This document shows, piece by piece, positions 1 through 11,981 of a stretch of DNA of 64,000 nucleotides. Below the pieces are notes generated by a model. The model searched no databases. It saw nothing but the letters and a program-made list of their open reading frames with translations, and had not been told where the DNA came from. Each line of letters starts with the position of its first letter. Position 1 is the first letter of the stretch. The stretch is taken from positions 43,688,788 to 43,752,787 of the forward strand of contig CM120640.1 of the NCBI GenBank assembly GCA_051362555.1, in the 5' to 3' direction. The DNA is from Lingula anatina. Its lineage: Eukaryota > Animalia > Brachiopoda. The position numbers and the translations under genes were made by a program.

Positions 1-985
1 ATAATTATTGGCATCATTTTACACGACTGTTGGCAAAGGTAATAATTGCACAAGTGTAATTACACTTCTGGGGAATTGTTAGATACTATATTTTGGTGAG
101 GGTAGGTTTTTTATTAAAGTCAATTTCAAAAACGTTAGGGAGAAAACAATGCTCAATTTCATGATGATGGAGGGGGTTGAGATGTTAGAGTATGATGTTG
201 GTTCTATCATGCATAATGGCATTTATGTAAGTATTTAGATTACCAAATGCAGGTTTATCATGCACTAAGAAAGTCGTAGAAGTATTTACATTTATATAAT
301 GATGATAAAAATATTGACACCGGTGTGCTGATCTTTATTTAAATAACCCAAGACATCTACATGACCGTTATAATGATAACAATTGACCAAATATTGTAAC
401 AGCTGTTGGATTTTTTATAATCAAAAAAGGATTATTTCTATTTAGATGTGATTTAATCACCTACGCTTTCTAATTTCAAAGGATGTTTCAGTCGAAACTC
501 TAAACCAACAATGGAAGTCAGAAATCAAGCGTTTTTGGCCTGGAATCGGCATGGATCAAGCTATTATGACATAAAATCCTTGAGCAAAGCGTACCGATTG
601 ACATAGGTAATTGACGTAGGTAATTGACATAGGTACCGTGCTTTGTTGGACATAATCATCAAACTCTTAGAATGTATATTAATTCAAATAATGCACGTCG
701 TAATTATTGGCCTGTTTTTCACTCTAAAAAAAAAATTTTTTTACCTGCTCTAGAAACACTAGTTCTGCAAAAACGATCGATGTCAAGAAACCTATTTTTG
801 ATTGCGTTTAATATCAGATATATTTAATTATTTATATTTACCGGTTATTTAAACGCTAGTTTTGCTTCCTTCTTTTGTCTGTCTCAGGACAGTGCCCACA
901 TCGTTTATCGTATGAAAAAAATGGGGACTTCCTGCAATCTTTGAAAGGCAACACTGATTGTTTCTGTAAATACCCAGACGGTCTG
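1..985 (+). pseudogene. Decayed tandem duplicate of the neighbouring astacin metalloprotease gene (equivalent to about 4810-6335; begins before the window)
   Basis: Collinear with the intact gene in both introns and exons. The segment carrying the HExxHxxGxxH zinc motif is deleted (sequence jumps from the equivalent of about 4915 to about 5131). Met-turn SIMHY has become SIMHN. The exon 6-like (481-606) and EGF-like (888-985) segments are frameshifted, and the copy ends abruptly at a Tc1 remnant. Confidence 0.9.
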
Positions 986-1290
986 TTTGTTAATGTATCT
1001 TTGGTTACGATCAACCGGTCCCTCCAAAAGGTCCTAAATCAGTAGTTTCCTGGACTTCTTGACTTCTAACAGCTCAGTATAGAGCATCCCAACAGTGCCA
1101 AATGGGATGCAACTAAGGATCGAGAATAAACAGACCAGTCCAGTGCTACACTGCGTACTCCAGAAAAATGGTTGTGATGGCCTGGCATGATAAGGTGGGG
1201 CATGGCCATATTGGAACAGAGAGTAACGGCCATATAAGGCTATTTCATGTAGAACCATTTGTTTACTCATGATTTCCTTTAGAACCAGGT
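985..1290 (-). mobile_element. Degenerate Tc1/mariner transposase fragment
   Basis: Minus-strand translations give FQYGHAPPYHARP (cf. Tc1 FQQDNARPHTAR) and, in another frame, ALDWSVYS (cf. LDWPAYSPDLNPIE). The fragment begins where homology to the astacin gene stops. Confidence 0.5.
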
Positions 1291-2127
1291 TTGTTTGACA
1301 CCATACGTGAAGTGAACAGTCACTCGGAAATAGGCTAAATGGCTGTCTTCATCAGCAACAGTTACCATCAGTCTTCAGCAAGCACGAACATGACAATGTG
1401 AGTCATTTATATATCATTTTACCTTTGGACATTTAAATATGAACAGCTCTCAAAATAAGCTAGATAAGTCATAAAAGTTACATTTCTTTGAAAATATGGA
1501 AATCTGATATTGCATTTTAAGTTGTTTTGGTCCTTTTTCGAGATTCACCTTGATACATATGAATGACTCTGGCCTCTTCTGACCTCCAAACTCTTTTCAA
1601 ATTAAAGGTCATACTTTGCTCATTAGAAATGATACCTGTTACAAGTTTCTAAGTTACCTACTTTAAATGATAAGCTTTTGAAATACCTTCCATTATGCCT
1701 TGGCGCTTTTATGCAAAGCGACCAAGATAACTTAAACTTTGGGGAATGATCATGCATATATTGAAGTTTCAGTCCGTAGGATATAATAAAAATTAATGAT
1801 TTCTGCTTTTTGGGAGTCACCCTGTATAATGCCATATGCGCTCGGTGCATAATTAATGCAAGTAACGGGTATAATGAGGTTGTTAGGAGGCTCGTTTTCG
1901 TTTGTTTGGCAACTGATCAAATGCCTTTAAAATATTTTTCTTCGTGGATGATGCTCATCTCTCGTCGCTTTCGGTGTTATCAAGACGAAAAACAAAAGGT
2001 CAGCCAAGTACTATAATTTTCGTGGGGTGATACTGCCGACAGAAATTGCTGACATTTTATTTCAGCTCATTATATGCATACAAAATATGCTGAGAATCGC
2101 TTCACACGCTCTATAAAAGACATCAGC

Positions 2128-4919
2128 ATGTATCGTGTCTTTACCTCAACTTTATATGTTTGTATCATCTGGTGTACTGTGTTGCAATGTTATATACGAA
2201 TTGGTATTGCTAATCTCGGAAAAGAAGGAGTAAACCTCAAAATTAGTGCTACTGGACAACTGGTGAGTCGAGATATACATTCCATCTCTTTTTCTTCTAT
2301 CCCGACATGGAAACGTTATGCAAATGTACCGCCGTGCTGTGGGTAATCGTGAACAGAACCGCCTACATGTATGTTAGGTTTATGTTTTTTTCTTCGGCTA
2401 TATGTTTGACTGGGTGATAAATCCATCAAAAGTCTTACTTTTGTTTCATTTGTTGTTAATACTACGTGTACAGTGAATACTTAAGCAGAACTTTGTTTTT
2501 TTTGGCTAAGGTGGAAGTAAAAAGTAGACAAAGGAGAAGACTCGCAGGACTTGGAGACAAGTGGCCTAATGCTACTATACCATGGGTGTTTGTTAACTCT
2601 TCGGAAGGGAGTATAACATCTTTAAGTAACTATAATGCTCTAATGATCTTCATCCTTAAATTTTTCTTTTTTTTTCATTTACTCCTTTGCTCCCTGCTTT
2701 TGTTTTTTTCTCCGTTTGCTTCTATCTTTTTCTTTCTCTTTGTTGTCAAGAGGGTAAGCATGAAAAAAAGCAAAGATCATAATCTTATTAATTTTGTCAT
2801 CAATTACCTAAGATTGTAAATCAACAGCAGATAAGCAATTGAGTAAAAATATTCATTTTTTCGCATCGTTCGTAAAATATGGGCCTACCGCCCTATAACA
2901 ATGCTTGAGCAATTTGATTTTTCATTAAATGGCATGTATTGGCCTGTTTATCACCCTGAAAAAATGATTTTCACCTGCTGTAGAAACACTAGTTCTGCGC
3001 ATAAATATATTTCTTAATTTTTCCTTTCTTGTTAAAGTGTAGAAATTGACAAAAAAAAAAATCGTGCGCTTTTAGAGCGACTTTGTTTATATATTAAAAT
3101 ATTAAAGTACTCAAGAACAAGTCACCAACATGTCACTTAGACCCCATTCCCAGAGATTAGATCGATCCAACTAGATCGACCTAACTCCCTGGGGGTTCAC
3201 GCTAAATAGCTGTCAGCCGAGCGGGCACGAAAGTTAATCTTCCCCTTATAGCTTGTAGTAGGCGGGACGGACATTTAAGCCGGATTATCTGACAGTAATC
3301 TAGTGAGACTCCTCACGGGGATAGATCGATCTGAAATCTATGGGAATGCGCCCTTATAATGATGCGACGAAACTTTAGTACTTGGTTGCCATTAGATGAA
3401 AGAAAGCCACATGAAGTTGCCGAGGATTAGGAAAAATAATCAAAATCTCAGTATGCAGATTGGTCTTTTCCTTCTTGGCTGTTACTCGGCGGCTAATCAC
3501 TCCCAAATAACATTTCACGCCTGCTGGGTTACATCTATTTCAGAAATGATTTGGACAAATACATATCCTTTAATCCTATGGTTGACGTATGTTTCAGGCA
3601 ATAAAGTTAAAGAAAATGTATTAAAAGCAATACAACACCTGGAAGACAATACATGTCTCCGATTCCTTCGCTTCGATGATGCTCTACCAGACTTGAAATT
3701 TTACTTGAGAATTGGAAAAGATTCAGCTGGAGGGTAAATAAAAAGTTAAAAATAAAGCTACTTTATATTTGGCAATCACTCTATTTTTCCACTGCAAATA
3801 AACCTATCGTGAGTTTCCGAGCATTTGCGGTGACTCTCCCCTTTGTATTTTACACAGACTGTAAAAGAGTAAAGACATCCTGGTATCTGGAGGATCAGCG
3901 TGTATCCCTGCCATTTGTTTTCGAATACTTGATATCCTTTCAGTCATTAGGGGAATCGAACGAAGGTTTAATTAAACGAAGGATAAAAAAAACTACATGT
4001 TCATTGGTGAATGCATCGAAAAGAAGAAATATGCATAGTAAGCCTCGACTTGACCCACACATTCACTACTGTCGTACGTTTACACCGATATCCACCTCGG
4101 ATGCTTGAACCGATGATAACAAGTGACAGATTTAATTCAATTTGGACATTTTTTTTCAGTTGCTATGCTAACATTGGACGAATGAGAGAATCTAAACAAC
4201 CTCAGGTAGTGAGTTTATCTGGTCCTGGGTGTGAAGACGTAAGTTTAATGTCTTATCAAAAGTTTTTTTTATTTATTTTTATTTTGTAGTTATAGGAAAA
4301 AGAGAAGAAAATGTGAGTCATTCCGCTTATGGAAGTATGTACAGCTTGTACTTCTATGCTCCAATTGATGCGTATTTTCATTAAAAGAAAATCGATTTGG
4401 GAGAAAAAAGGTGATACAAGTATATCAATGCACCCACGCAGTTCTGTCACTACTCCCTTTGTGTACCCCCCCTCATCCACTGTGATCAGGCATTACGAAG
4501 TACGTTAAGTTGATTGATAACCCTGATATTTTGACATTTTTTCTTTCATACATAGTGCACTTTTAAAAAATAAAATGTGCAACTTTCTTCGTCCCAAATG
4601 TGTCCATGTAATAAAGCCCAGGTGCCGAGCCTACTCATGTTTCGAATCGGCCGATTTTAGTGTGCATGGAATCTTATTGTGAGTAAGAATCGCCCAAAAT
4701 GAAACTTCTTTTCTACTGTAAGTGTCATCATCTGTATTTTAACATTTTCAACATTAACAAACTGATATTGATATCCACTCTTTTACAAAGTGAGGTGCTG
4801 ATAAAAAGATAATAGAATTGGCATCATTTTACACGACTGTAGGCAAAGGTAATAACTGCACAGGTGCACTTGGGGGGAATAATAAGATAATACAGTCTAT
4901 ATTGGTGAGGGTAAGTTTT

Positions 4920-4962
<43 letters not shown>

Positions 4963-7782
4963 TTTTATTTTATTTATTTATTTATTTATTTTTTTTGTGG
5001 ACAAGCCGTCCCTTATTCTAAGAAACATATTGCAACATTGAATAAATTTCAGGTGGGCTCTGTGATACACGAACTGGGTCATATCGTAGGTCTTCACCAT
5101 GAGCACTCACGGAAAGACCGAAATAAGTACATTAAAGTCAATTTCAAAAACGTTAGGGAGAACGCAATGCTCAATTTCATGATGATGGAGGGGGTTGAGA
5201 CGTTAGCTGAGTATGATGTTGGTTCTATCATGCATTATGGAACTTACGTAAGTATTTAGATTACCAAATGATGCGTTTATCATGCACTATGGCAGTTGTA
5301 TAAGTATTTTCATTTATATTATGATGAAAAAAATATTGACACCCGTGTGCTGGTCCTTATTTAAATAGCCCAAAACATGTACATGACCGTTATTATGATC
5401 ACCATTGACCAAATATAGTTCCAGCTGTTGAATTTTTTTAATATCTTTTAATTATTTAAAAAGGTATTGAAATTCAAAAGGATTACTTCTATTTAGATGT
5501 GAATTAATCAATTAAGCTGTCTAATTTCAAAGGATTTCAGTCGAAACTCTGAACCAACAATTGAAGTCAGAGATCAAGCATTATCGTTTTTGGCTGGGAA
5601 TCGCCGTGGATTAAGCTATTATGACATAAAATCCTTGAGCAAAGCGTACCGATGCACAGGTAATTGACATAGGTACAGTGCTGCTGTTGGACATGATCAT
5701 CAAACTATCAGAATGTATATAAATTCTAATAATGCAAGTCGTAATTATTTGCATGTAAAATACACCAACTACATTAGGTTATAGATAAACGATCGATGTC
5801 ACGAAACCTATTTTTGATTGCGTTTAATATTAAATATATTTAATTATCTATATTTAAAGTGATAATAACTCTTCATTTTGGCCAAAAAATGAATTTTCCT
5901 GGAGTGAACAACAATTTTCTCATACTTACCAATGGTTAATGAATCCATTTTTACATTCAAAGTTAGTCCCTGGATTTTTCTAAAAAGTTTGGTTTTTTGT
6001 TAAAATCTCTTAAGAGATTTTAACAGAGTATAGCCATCAATGGAGGTCACGTGGTCTAAAGACAAGCTCAGATATCAGAATAATAGCTATAACTGCCGTT
6101 TTTGTGGTTAAACAGAATATATTATATTTCTATGAGTTATTCACAATGTTTTTATTGTGAAATATAGATCTCATATGAAGAGTTATTATCCCTTTAACGG
6201 TTATTTACACGCTAGTTTTGCTTCCTTCTTTTCTCTGTCTCAGTTCAGTGCCCATATCGTTTATCGTGTGAAAATGGCGGTTTCCTGCATTCTCTGAAAG
6301 GCAACACTGATTGCTTCTGTAAATGCCCAGACGGTTTGGCCGGAAACACGTGCAACCGCATTGATCCAAGGGCCATGTCTGGTAATATCTGTCGTGTCTT
6401 TTGTTAAACTTTCATAAAGGGCAATATAAAGCCAATGGAATAAAATTTCTGTAGTATATTTGAAATGGGTTGAGAATACTCACTATCAAAGGCCCCTTCT
6501 AGCTGTTACAAAATTTGTTGAAGGACGGCCAATTTTAAGAGCTGGAAGGGCCTCTGGCAACAGCAGGTGGGGAATATATGTCAATCTGCATGAGAAGTCA
6601 AAAGCAGAAGCAAAATGTCCTATGAGGATAACGTTATAATGAAAATAAATGCCACTGTTGCTAATTATGCACTAAAACACGACGTATTAAAATATTAAAA
6701 CATAACAAAAATGACTACTCAATCAAAGTTTTTAATTTTAAAATTACCTGTTATCTGGCGTGTCCGTTGTTGAATATTTTCCAAATTTTATTTATAAGGA
6801 CCCCACGGCTTCTGTGGAGGAGTAATCTCCCTAAGTCTGTCTTGGTTTGACAGGGCATTCATCCACTCGCCAAGATTTCCCTTCAATTACCCACGCAGAC
6901 AGAAATGTTTGTGGCTCTTGAAGGTACATGTATTATTAGAACGCATCAAAGCTAAAGATTTGAGCAAGCCAGAAATCTGTGTTATGGCCAGTGGTTTTAG
7001 TCAACAAAGGACAACATTTTTATGAGTTAAATGTACAGACATTGTTGTCTACAAAGTTGCATTTGTTTGATATACAGAGAAGACTTACAATGCAATGTGT
7101 CAAGGCGATAATAATATAATGAGTGCGTACATCTGCAAGAGTTTTCATCTTTTCGTGATGTTTTATTGCAGGGTCCAACAGGCTCGGTGATAAAACTCAG
7201 CTTCATATATTTTGACATAAAAGCTGATTCTAACAAGTGTATCCATTGGCTGGAAGTGAGATCCAATCTGGTTGGTCAGCCTGGCCCCAGGTAAGCAGTG
7301 TCTGGAATGCATGAAGCTAGTCGAACGGACATTCCAAACATTTTCTGCAGCAAACTCACTTCAAAAATATATTTAAAGATTTTTCGAGTTTGTTTGCATT
7401 TCTGTGAAGAAGGTCTTTAAACCCCACTTGTATTTTCACCATAGGAAATGCCATATTAGGACATTTGAAGAATACATTTTGTCAGAAATGATTTTTTCCA
7501 CGAACGGAAAAAATTTTGCATTATTCTAGTAGAATAAATGCCATATAATAGGGGTTGTATGCAGTCAAACTCGTTCTTGTTGGGTAATTGGATCCAACAG
7601 AATTCTAATGTGTTCTTTGCTGTAATAGGTACTGCGGTAGATGGAATGGCGGAATTATAGTGTCCAAAGATCAACACAACAACATGATGGTGGTGAAGTT
7701 CGATAGCACTGAACATGTTGGTTATGCCACTACGGGATTTGCTGCCATTGCATCGGCGATCGTAACACCAGACACGTTTTAG
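2128..7782 (+). CDS. Astacin (M12A) zinc metalloprotease: signal peptide, astacin, EGF, CUB (BP10/SpAN-like), about 440 aa, 10 exons
   Basis: Exons 2128-2262, 2511-2625 (donor uncertain, alternative 2610), 3598-3733, 4160-4238, 5053-5247, 5533-5659, 6244-6381, 6799-6923, 7172-7290 and 7629-7782 join in frame through GT-AG sites. Motifs: hydrophobic N-terminus, RQRR furin site, KWPNATIPW, HELGHIVGLHHEHSRKDR, SIMHY, EGF (CENGG..CFCKCPDGLAGNTC) and CUB (FCGG..HSPRFPFNYP..CLW..RYCG..KFDS). Confidence 0.9.
3140..3353. mobile_element. PIF/Harbinger-type (Tourist-like) MITE, copy 1
   Basis: Imperfect TIRs GACCCCATTCCCAGAGATT / AATCTATGGGAATGCGCCC, TTA target-site duplication on both sides, and a homologous copy at 17192-17417. 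Confidence 0.85.
4917..4990. repeat. (TTTA)n microsatellite
   Basis: Direct tandem repeat in astacin intron 4. Confidence 0.95.
5858..6193. mobile_element. Kolobok-like non-autonomous DNA transposon (MITE)
   Basis: TIRs AGTGATAATAACTCTTCA / TGAAGAGTTATTATCCCT with TTAA TSD (5854-5857 and 6194-6197). The paralogous pseudogene has the empty site at about 835-845. A TTAA TSD with purine (AG) termini fits Kolobok rather than piggyBac. Confidence 0.85.
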
Positions 7783-8635
7783 CTGCAGCCACTCGATCAC
7801 TTCATCAAAATACCTGTTATTATATACATTAAAGGCTGTCATTACACACCACATGGGTTGTTTTCTTTATGCTTGTCCAAGGAAAATCCTTTACGAACCC
7901 TTTGTCGTGACTTCGTTTGAGTGTATGGTTTTGCCAAACAGAAATGTCGATTTTTAAACAAGATGTTTTATTTTCGTCGGTGAACTAGCCCGGATACTGT
8001 CAGATGTGCACGATGTATTAAATCTTTTATTACGCTTCGTGGAATGTGCAAACTGAAAAGGATACCTTGATTTTTAATCCAAAGAGAAACTTAAACGATA
8101 CACTTTTGCTTTGTTCAATAATTGGGATAATGTTACGAAAGGGAGCCATCTAAATGTCAGCAGAATGGTGCCGCGTGAGGTAGTTTTGATTAGTATGAAA
8201 ACCACAAAAATTCGTTTACCGTAGTATAATTATTTAAAATAAGGCCTATTTAGCAACTGACGGGATTATGGTTAGGGGGGAATTTAAGAATAACTGAACA
8301 CTGAATAAGGCACAGCAAATATAAAACATTTGTTTTTTTACCCTTATATGTAGTTCACAGGGGTTATTCTATAGAGGAAGACGAGGTATCTTTTAAACTT
8401 AAAAAGAGCCACGTGGTCCAACCAAATATGATGTTGATCTTGCGTTATGTTATTACTTGTGTACAGCATTGTTTCTTGAAAGGGGTTATAAATATCGGTG
8501 CCGGTAGTGGTCTTTATTTCTCATTTGGTTTATCTCTCAGTTTGTGTAATATGAAGATCACGTCTGTCTTATATAATAGTATAACAGACAACTCTCTCTC
8601 TCTCTCTCTCTCATATCTTTTAAAATTCAATCTAG

Positions 8636-8745
8636 TTTGCCCTTTGTTTGAACCATGGCACCTGCATGGACAACAACCGACCTTCATTTCGGTGTGTGTG
8701 TGCTGACAAATGAACTTCTTTGGTCCTGAATGTGACATTTTGAAG
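8636..8745 (+). pseudogene. Disrupted EGF-like exon of the astacin locus
   Basis: Reads CLNHGTCMDNNRPSFRCVCADK* and, after a frameshift, NFFGPECDILK. The first EGF cysteine is missing, next to a (CT)n repeat. Confidence 0.7.
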
Positions 8746-9199
8746 AGCGAGTTGATACTACTTACTGAAGATGAAAGCAGGCTTTAAAAAGTATCTGTGA
8801 TGTCACAATTACTCGGAAGCCCAACAGTTTGGAGTTAAATGGAAGTCATCCGAGTCTCCTGTCTAAGCGTGCAATCGAGCGGAAATACTGGCAGTCTAGC
8901 GTGAGCTTGCGGTAACGAATTAAAGTAAACAGCATCTATGCACGAATATTTTTCTGGTTGTTTTCTCTTAAGTTTTGTCTAATTACAGTTTACTGCACAA
9001 CAACAACACGAATTAACCATGTCTTGGGTTTCAAAATTAGGCATTTCGCTAAAAATTTAGTTTCATTCGGCATAGAAATATTTAGAATAGTAATGATATA
9101 TTGTACATAGTAAATGGTCTAGATTCCTAATTGCTGGCAGGTTGAAATATTTACACAGTGAATTTTTTATAATAAAATAATAAAATTAAAAATGATATT

Positions 9200-9352
9200 T
9201 GGGTTAGGTTTAGGGTTAGGGTTTAGGGCTTAAGGTTAGGGCTAAGGTTAGTATTTGGGTTTGGGTTTAGGTTTTAGGGTTAGGGTTAGTGTTAGAAGTC
9301 AATTTCATTATGAAATATTGACTCCGGGAGTCAGATTTTCATGCAACACCCG
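9200..9352. repeat. Degenerate telomere-like (TTAGGG/GGTTAG)n tract plus GACTCCGGGAGTC hairpin, probably a DNA-transposon remnant
   Basis: About 95 bp of imperfect TTAGGG-like units, followed by a short inverted repeat and a ...CATGCAACACCCG end. Confidence 0.5.
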
Positions 9353-10321
9353 TATCATTTTGCATTTTATAGTGCGCATGCCACATATTACCAGTCGCTT
9401 TAATGTTCTATTGTTGAGAAGGACATATTATCCCCCCCTCCTCACCCCAATTCTTTAAAGGGGTATTTTTTAATCTAGGCATGAGTCTAGGAATATCTGT
9501 ATATTTTGCAACATAGTGTCCATTGTATACTTGTAGTTCTTAATCAAACAGTCAAGTTACTTTATACAGAGCTGGAGAGGTGTTAATCCTACTGTGTGTT
9601 GAGTTGGATCGAGGTGTCTCTGTGAAAGATTATGCCTATACATATGTTCTTTTCTCTCCTTTCTATATAACATTTATTGATTACAGTTTTTTGATTGAAT
9701 ATTTTCAGCACGGCCTGTCTACAGTCAAATTGTCCCCGTATAAGACAGAAAGTGCACAGATATACTGGATATTAGTTAGTTATGAAGTTATGAAAAAAGA
9801 AAGATAGGAAGACTGGGTAGGTAAAAAATAAACACGTGAATAAAGATAAATAACCTATATTTTGCCATTGCTGTTTCTTCACAGACATGAATGTTAGAAT
9901 ACTACATCCAAATACATTTATTTCAATAAAATACACCTGCAAACCTCGTCTATTTTGGACGGTGCGAGAATGACCAATCCAGGGTGTGTTCCGTTTCTCA
10001 CTTCCTGCTGGCAGGTGTCTTTTGAAGGCAAACTTTTTATGTTAAATAAGTTATTCTTGCAAAACAAAAAGCACATTGTTTAATGGAAGTCGATACATCT
10101 GACAGATTGAATATCACCTTGCAACTTATAAAGAAAGTAGTGGAGAATTCAGTGAATTTTATTCTGGGGGTTTAAAAGAAGGCTTTTGCTACACTGCAGA
10201 GTATCTGGCCTCCAGGTTGGTTTAGGTGATGTTACCTCGAAAACATAGACTTTCTCTCTCTCTATTTTAGATTTTGATTTTCTTCCTTGTCTGTAAAATA
10301 CTGTAAAGGTTTTTTTTTCAG

Positions 10322-10782
10322 GTACACGCTGCGTATCATTTCTGTATCACATATTTGGGTCTGTTATGAGTACACTAAATCTGACAATTAAACCTGTTGG
10401 TCAAGCACTGGCCACTTCTCTGTGGTCCGTCGGGAATGATACTGAGGTTAACCGATGGCACCAAGTTAATGCAACTGTCGGCGATGAGACTTTATATTGG
10501 GTACATTCATATTTACCAGATATTTCAAACTGTATTAATATGCAAATATACAATTCGATAATAAAGAGGACTTTAAATAGTAGGTAAAGAAATAGATAAA
10601 ATGGTAAAACGCGGTTTCTTTGCAGTATGTTAAAATTGATATATACATTGTTATTTGTGTGTGTGTGTGTTTTTATTTTTTAATTTAAGGTGGTGCTTGA
10701 GGGCACTGTTAACGCCGTGGCTCATCTGTCTGGTGTGGCAGTATCGACTTTAAGGATTCTTACTGGCCCTTGTGGAGACTAA
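10322..10782 (+). pseudogene. C-terminal half of a MAM domain (exons 10322-10500 and 10690-10782), apparently orphaned from the astacin gene
   Basis: Open exons with GT-AG sites encode TRCVSFLYHIFGSVMSTLNL...LWSVG...RWHQVNATV...W / VVLEGTV...VAVSTLRILTGPCGD*, typical of a MAM C-terminal half. The preceding candidate exon (about 9885-10015) has no convincing MAM frame. Confidence 0.65.
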
Positions 10783-11649
10783 GTTGACAGGAGTGTCACT
10801 TATTAACTGGGCGCGTGAGCCGAAATTAATTCAATATTAATTGAGCTCTGATCGCTAAACCGTAATCGATATACTTCGTCCGTATTTAAAAATGAAACCT
10901 TTTGTGCTGGCGAAACATACCCATCAACACATTTTTGTGACAACATCATTTGAAGTAGTGATATAGACAGTATAAACATTGATGTAAGAAAAAAAGTGAT
11001 ATGACAACTGAACATAGAGACAATCAGCTGCTACTTTATTAAACGATTGATTGTGGATATAAGCAGTTTTAAGCCCAGTAAACTCTTTGATTACCGCTCA
11101 GTTCTGATGCATGTCCGTTTCAATATATGCATAAAGGTTCAGGTTAAGGAGCATGTTTTTTTGTTTTTTTTTAATTTTCCTATTTACTAGTTTAGCCAAT
11201 AATGACGCCACGAGTTTCTCTCTTCGCACAAGAAAACCGGCCAGCCACTGATAAAACATAAAAAGAGAAATTAATTAAGTACCCTGGAAAATTAACGCTT
11301 GATATTTTAGGATAAAATAGAAATGCGCTTGGGGTCAGCAAGGTCTCTTTCCAAGAATAAATGAATTTTACTTCATTTCTATTCCATTCATTCGGATACA
11401 TGTTATACACTTTCAGTTGATGTGAGTACTATCCTTATTAGTACTTACGAGTATTTTCTCACGATGTCAAAACACGATATCATTTTTTTCATTATTTGAG
11501 AGCAAGGTATTCATTTACATGTTTTGTACAATTACCTAAACTATCAATGCACTTTGTAATACGACAAGAGCAAATATTAAAACAAATAAAACAACAACAA
11601 CAAGTATATTGCTACATTATAATCATTCGTTCGTAAATGTTAATTATTA

Positions 11650-11885
11650 GGGGAGACCGGGGCTAGTTGGACCCCGGGGTAAGTTAGCCCCCCATCAATT
11701 TATGACAAAGTAACTATGGGGTAAAAGAACTGATCACATCTTTTTTAAAGTGACAGTATCCAATAGTGCTAAGAAAGCGTCGGCAGTGAGTCCAAATTAA
11801 ATGATTTAGCATCTTAAAGTAACTTTATTAAAGACACTTGATGGGGGTCAACTTACGCCGGGGTCCAACTAGCCCCGGTCTCCCT
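11650..11885. mobile_element. Tc1/mariner-pogo-type MITE
   Basis: About 48-bp near-perfect TIRs GGGGAGACCGGGGCTAGTTGGACCCCGG..., flanked by TA on both sides. Confidence 0.85.
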
Positions 11886-11981
11886 TACTTGAAGTCGTAG
11901 TAATTGTATATATTGCTGTGTGTCTTACGGAATGTGTGTATGTTACGTTATCGCTTGGCATATATGGCACACCGAAACGAA

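Noticed and set aside
9200-9295. True telomere or chromosome fusion site
   Set aside because: The tract is short, degenerate and in a single orientation, embedded in a probable transposon remnant.
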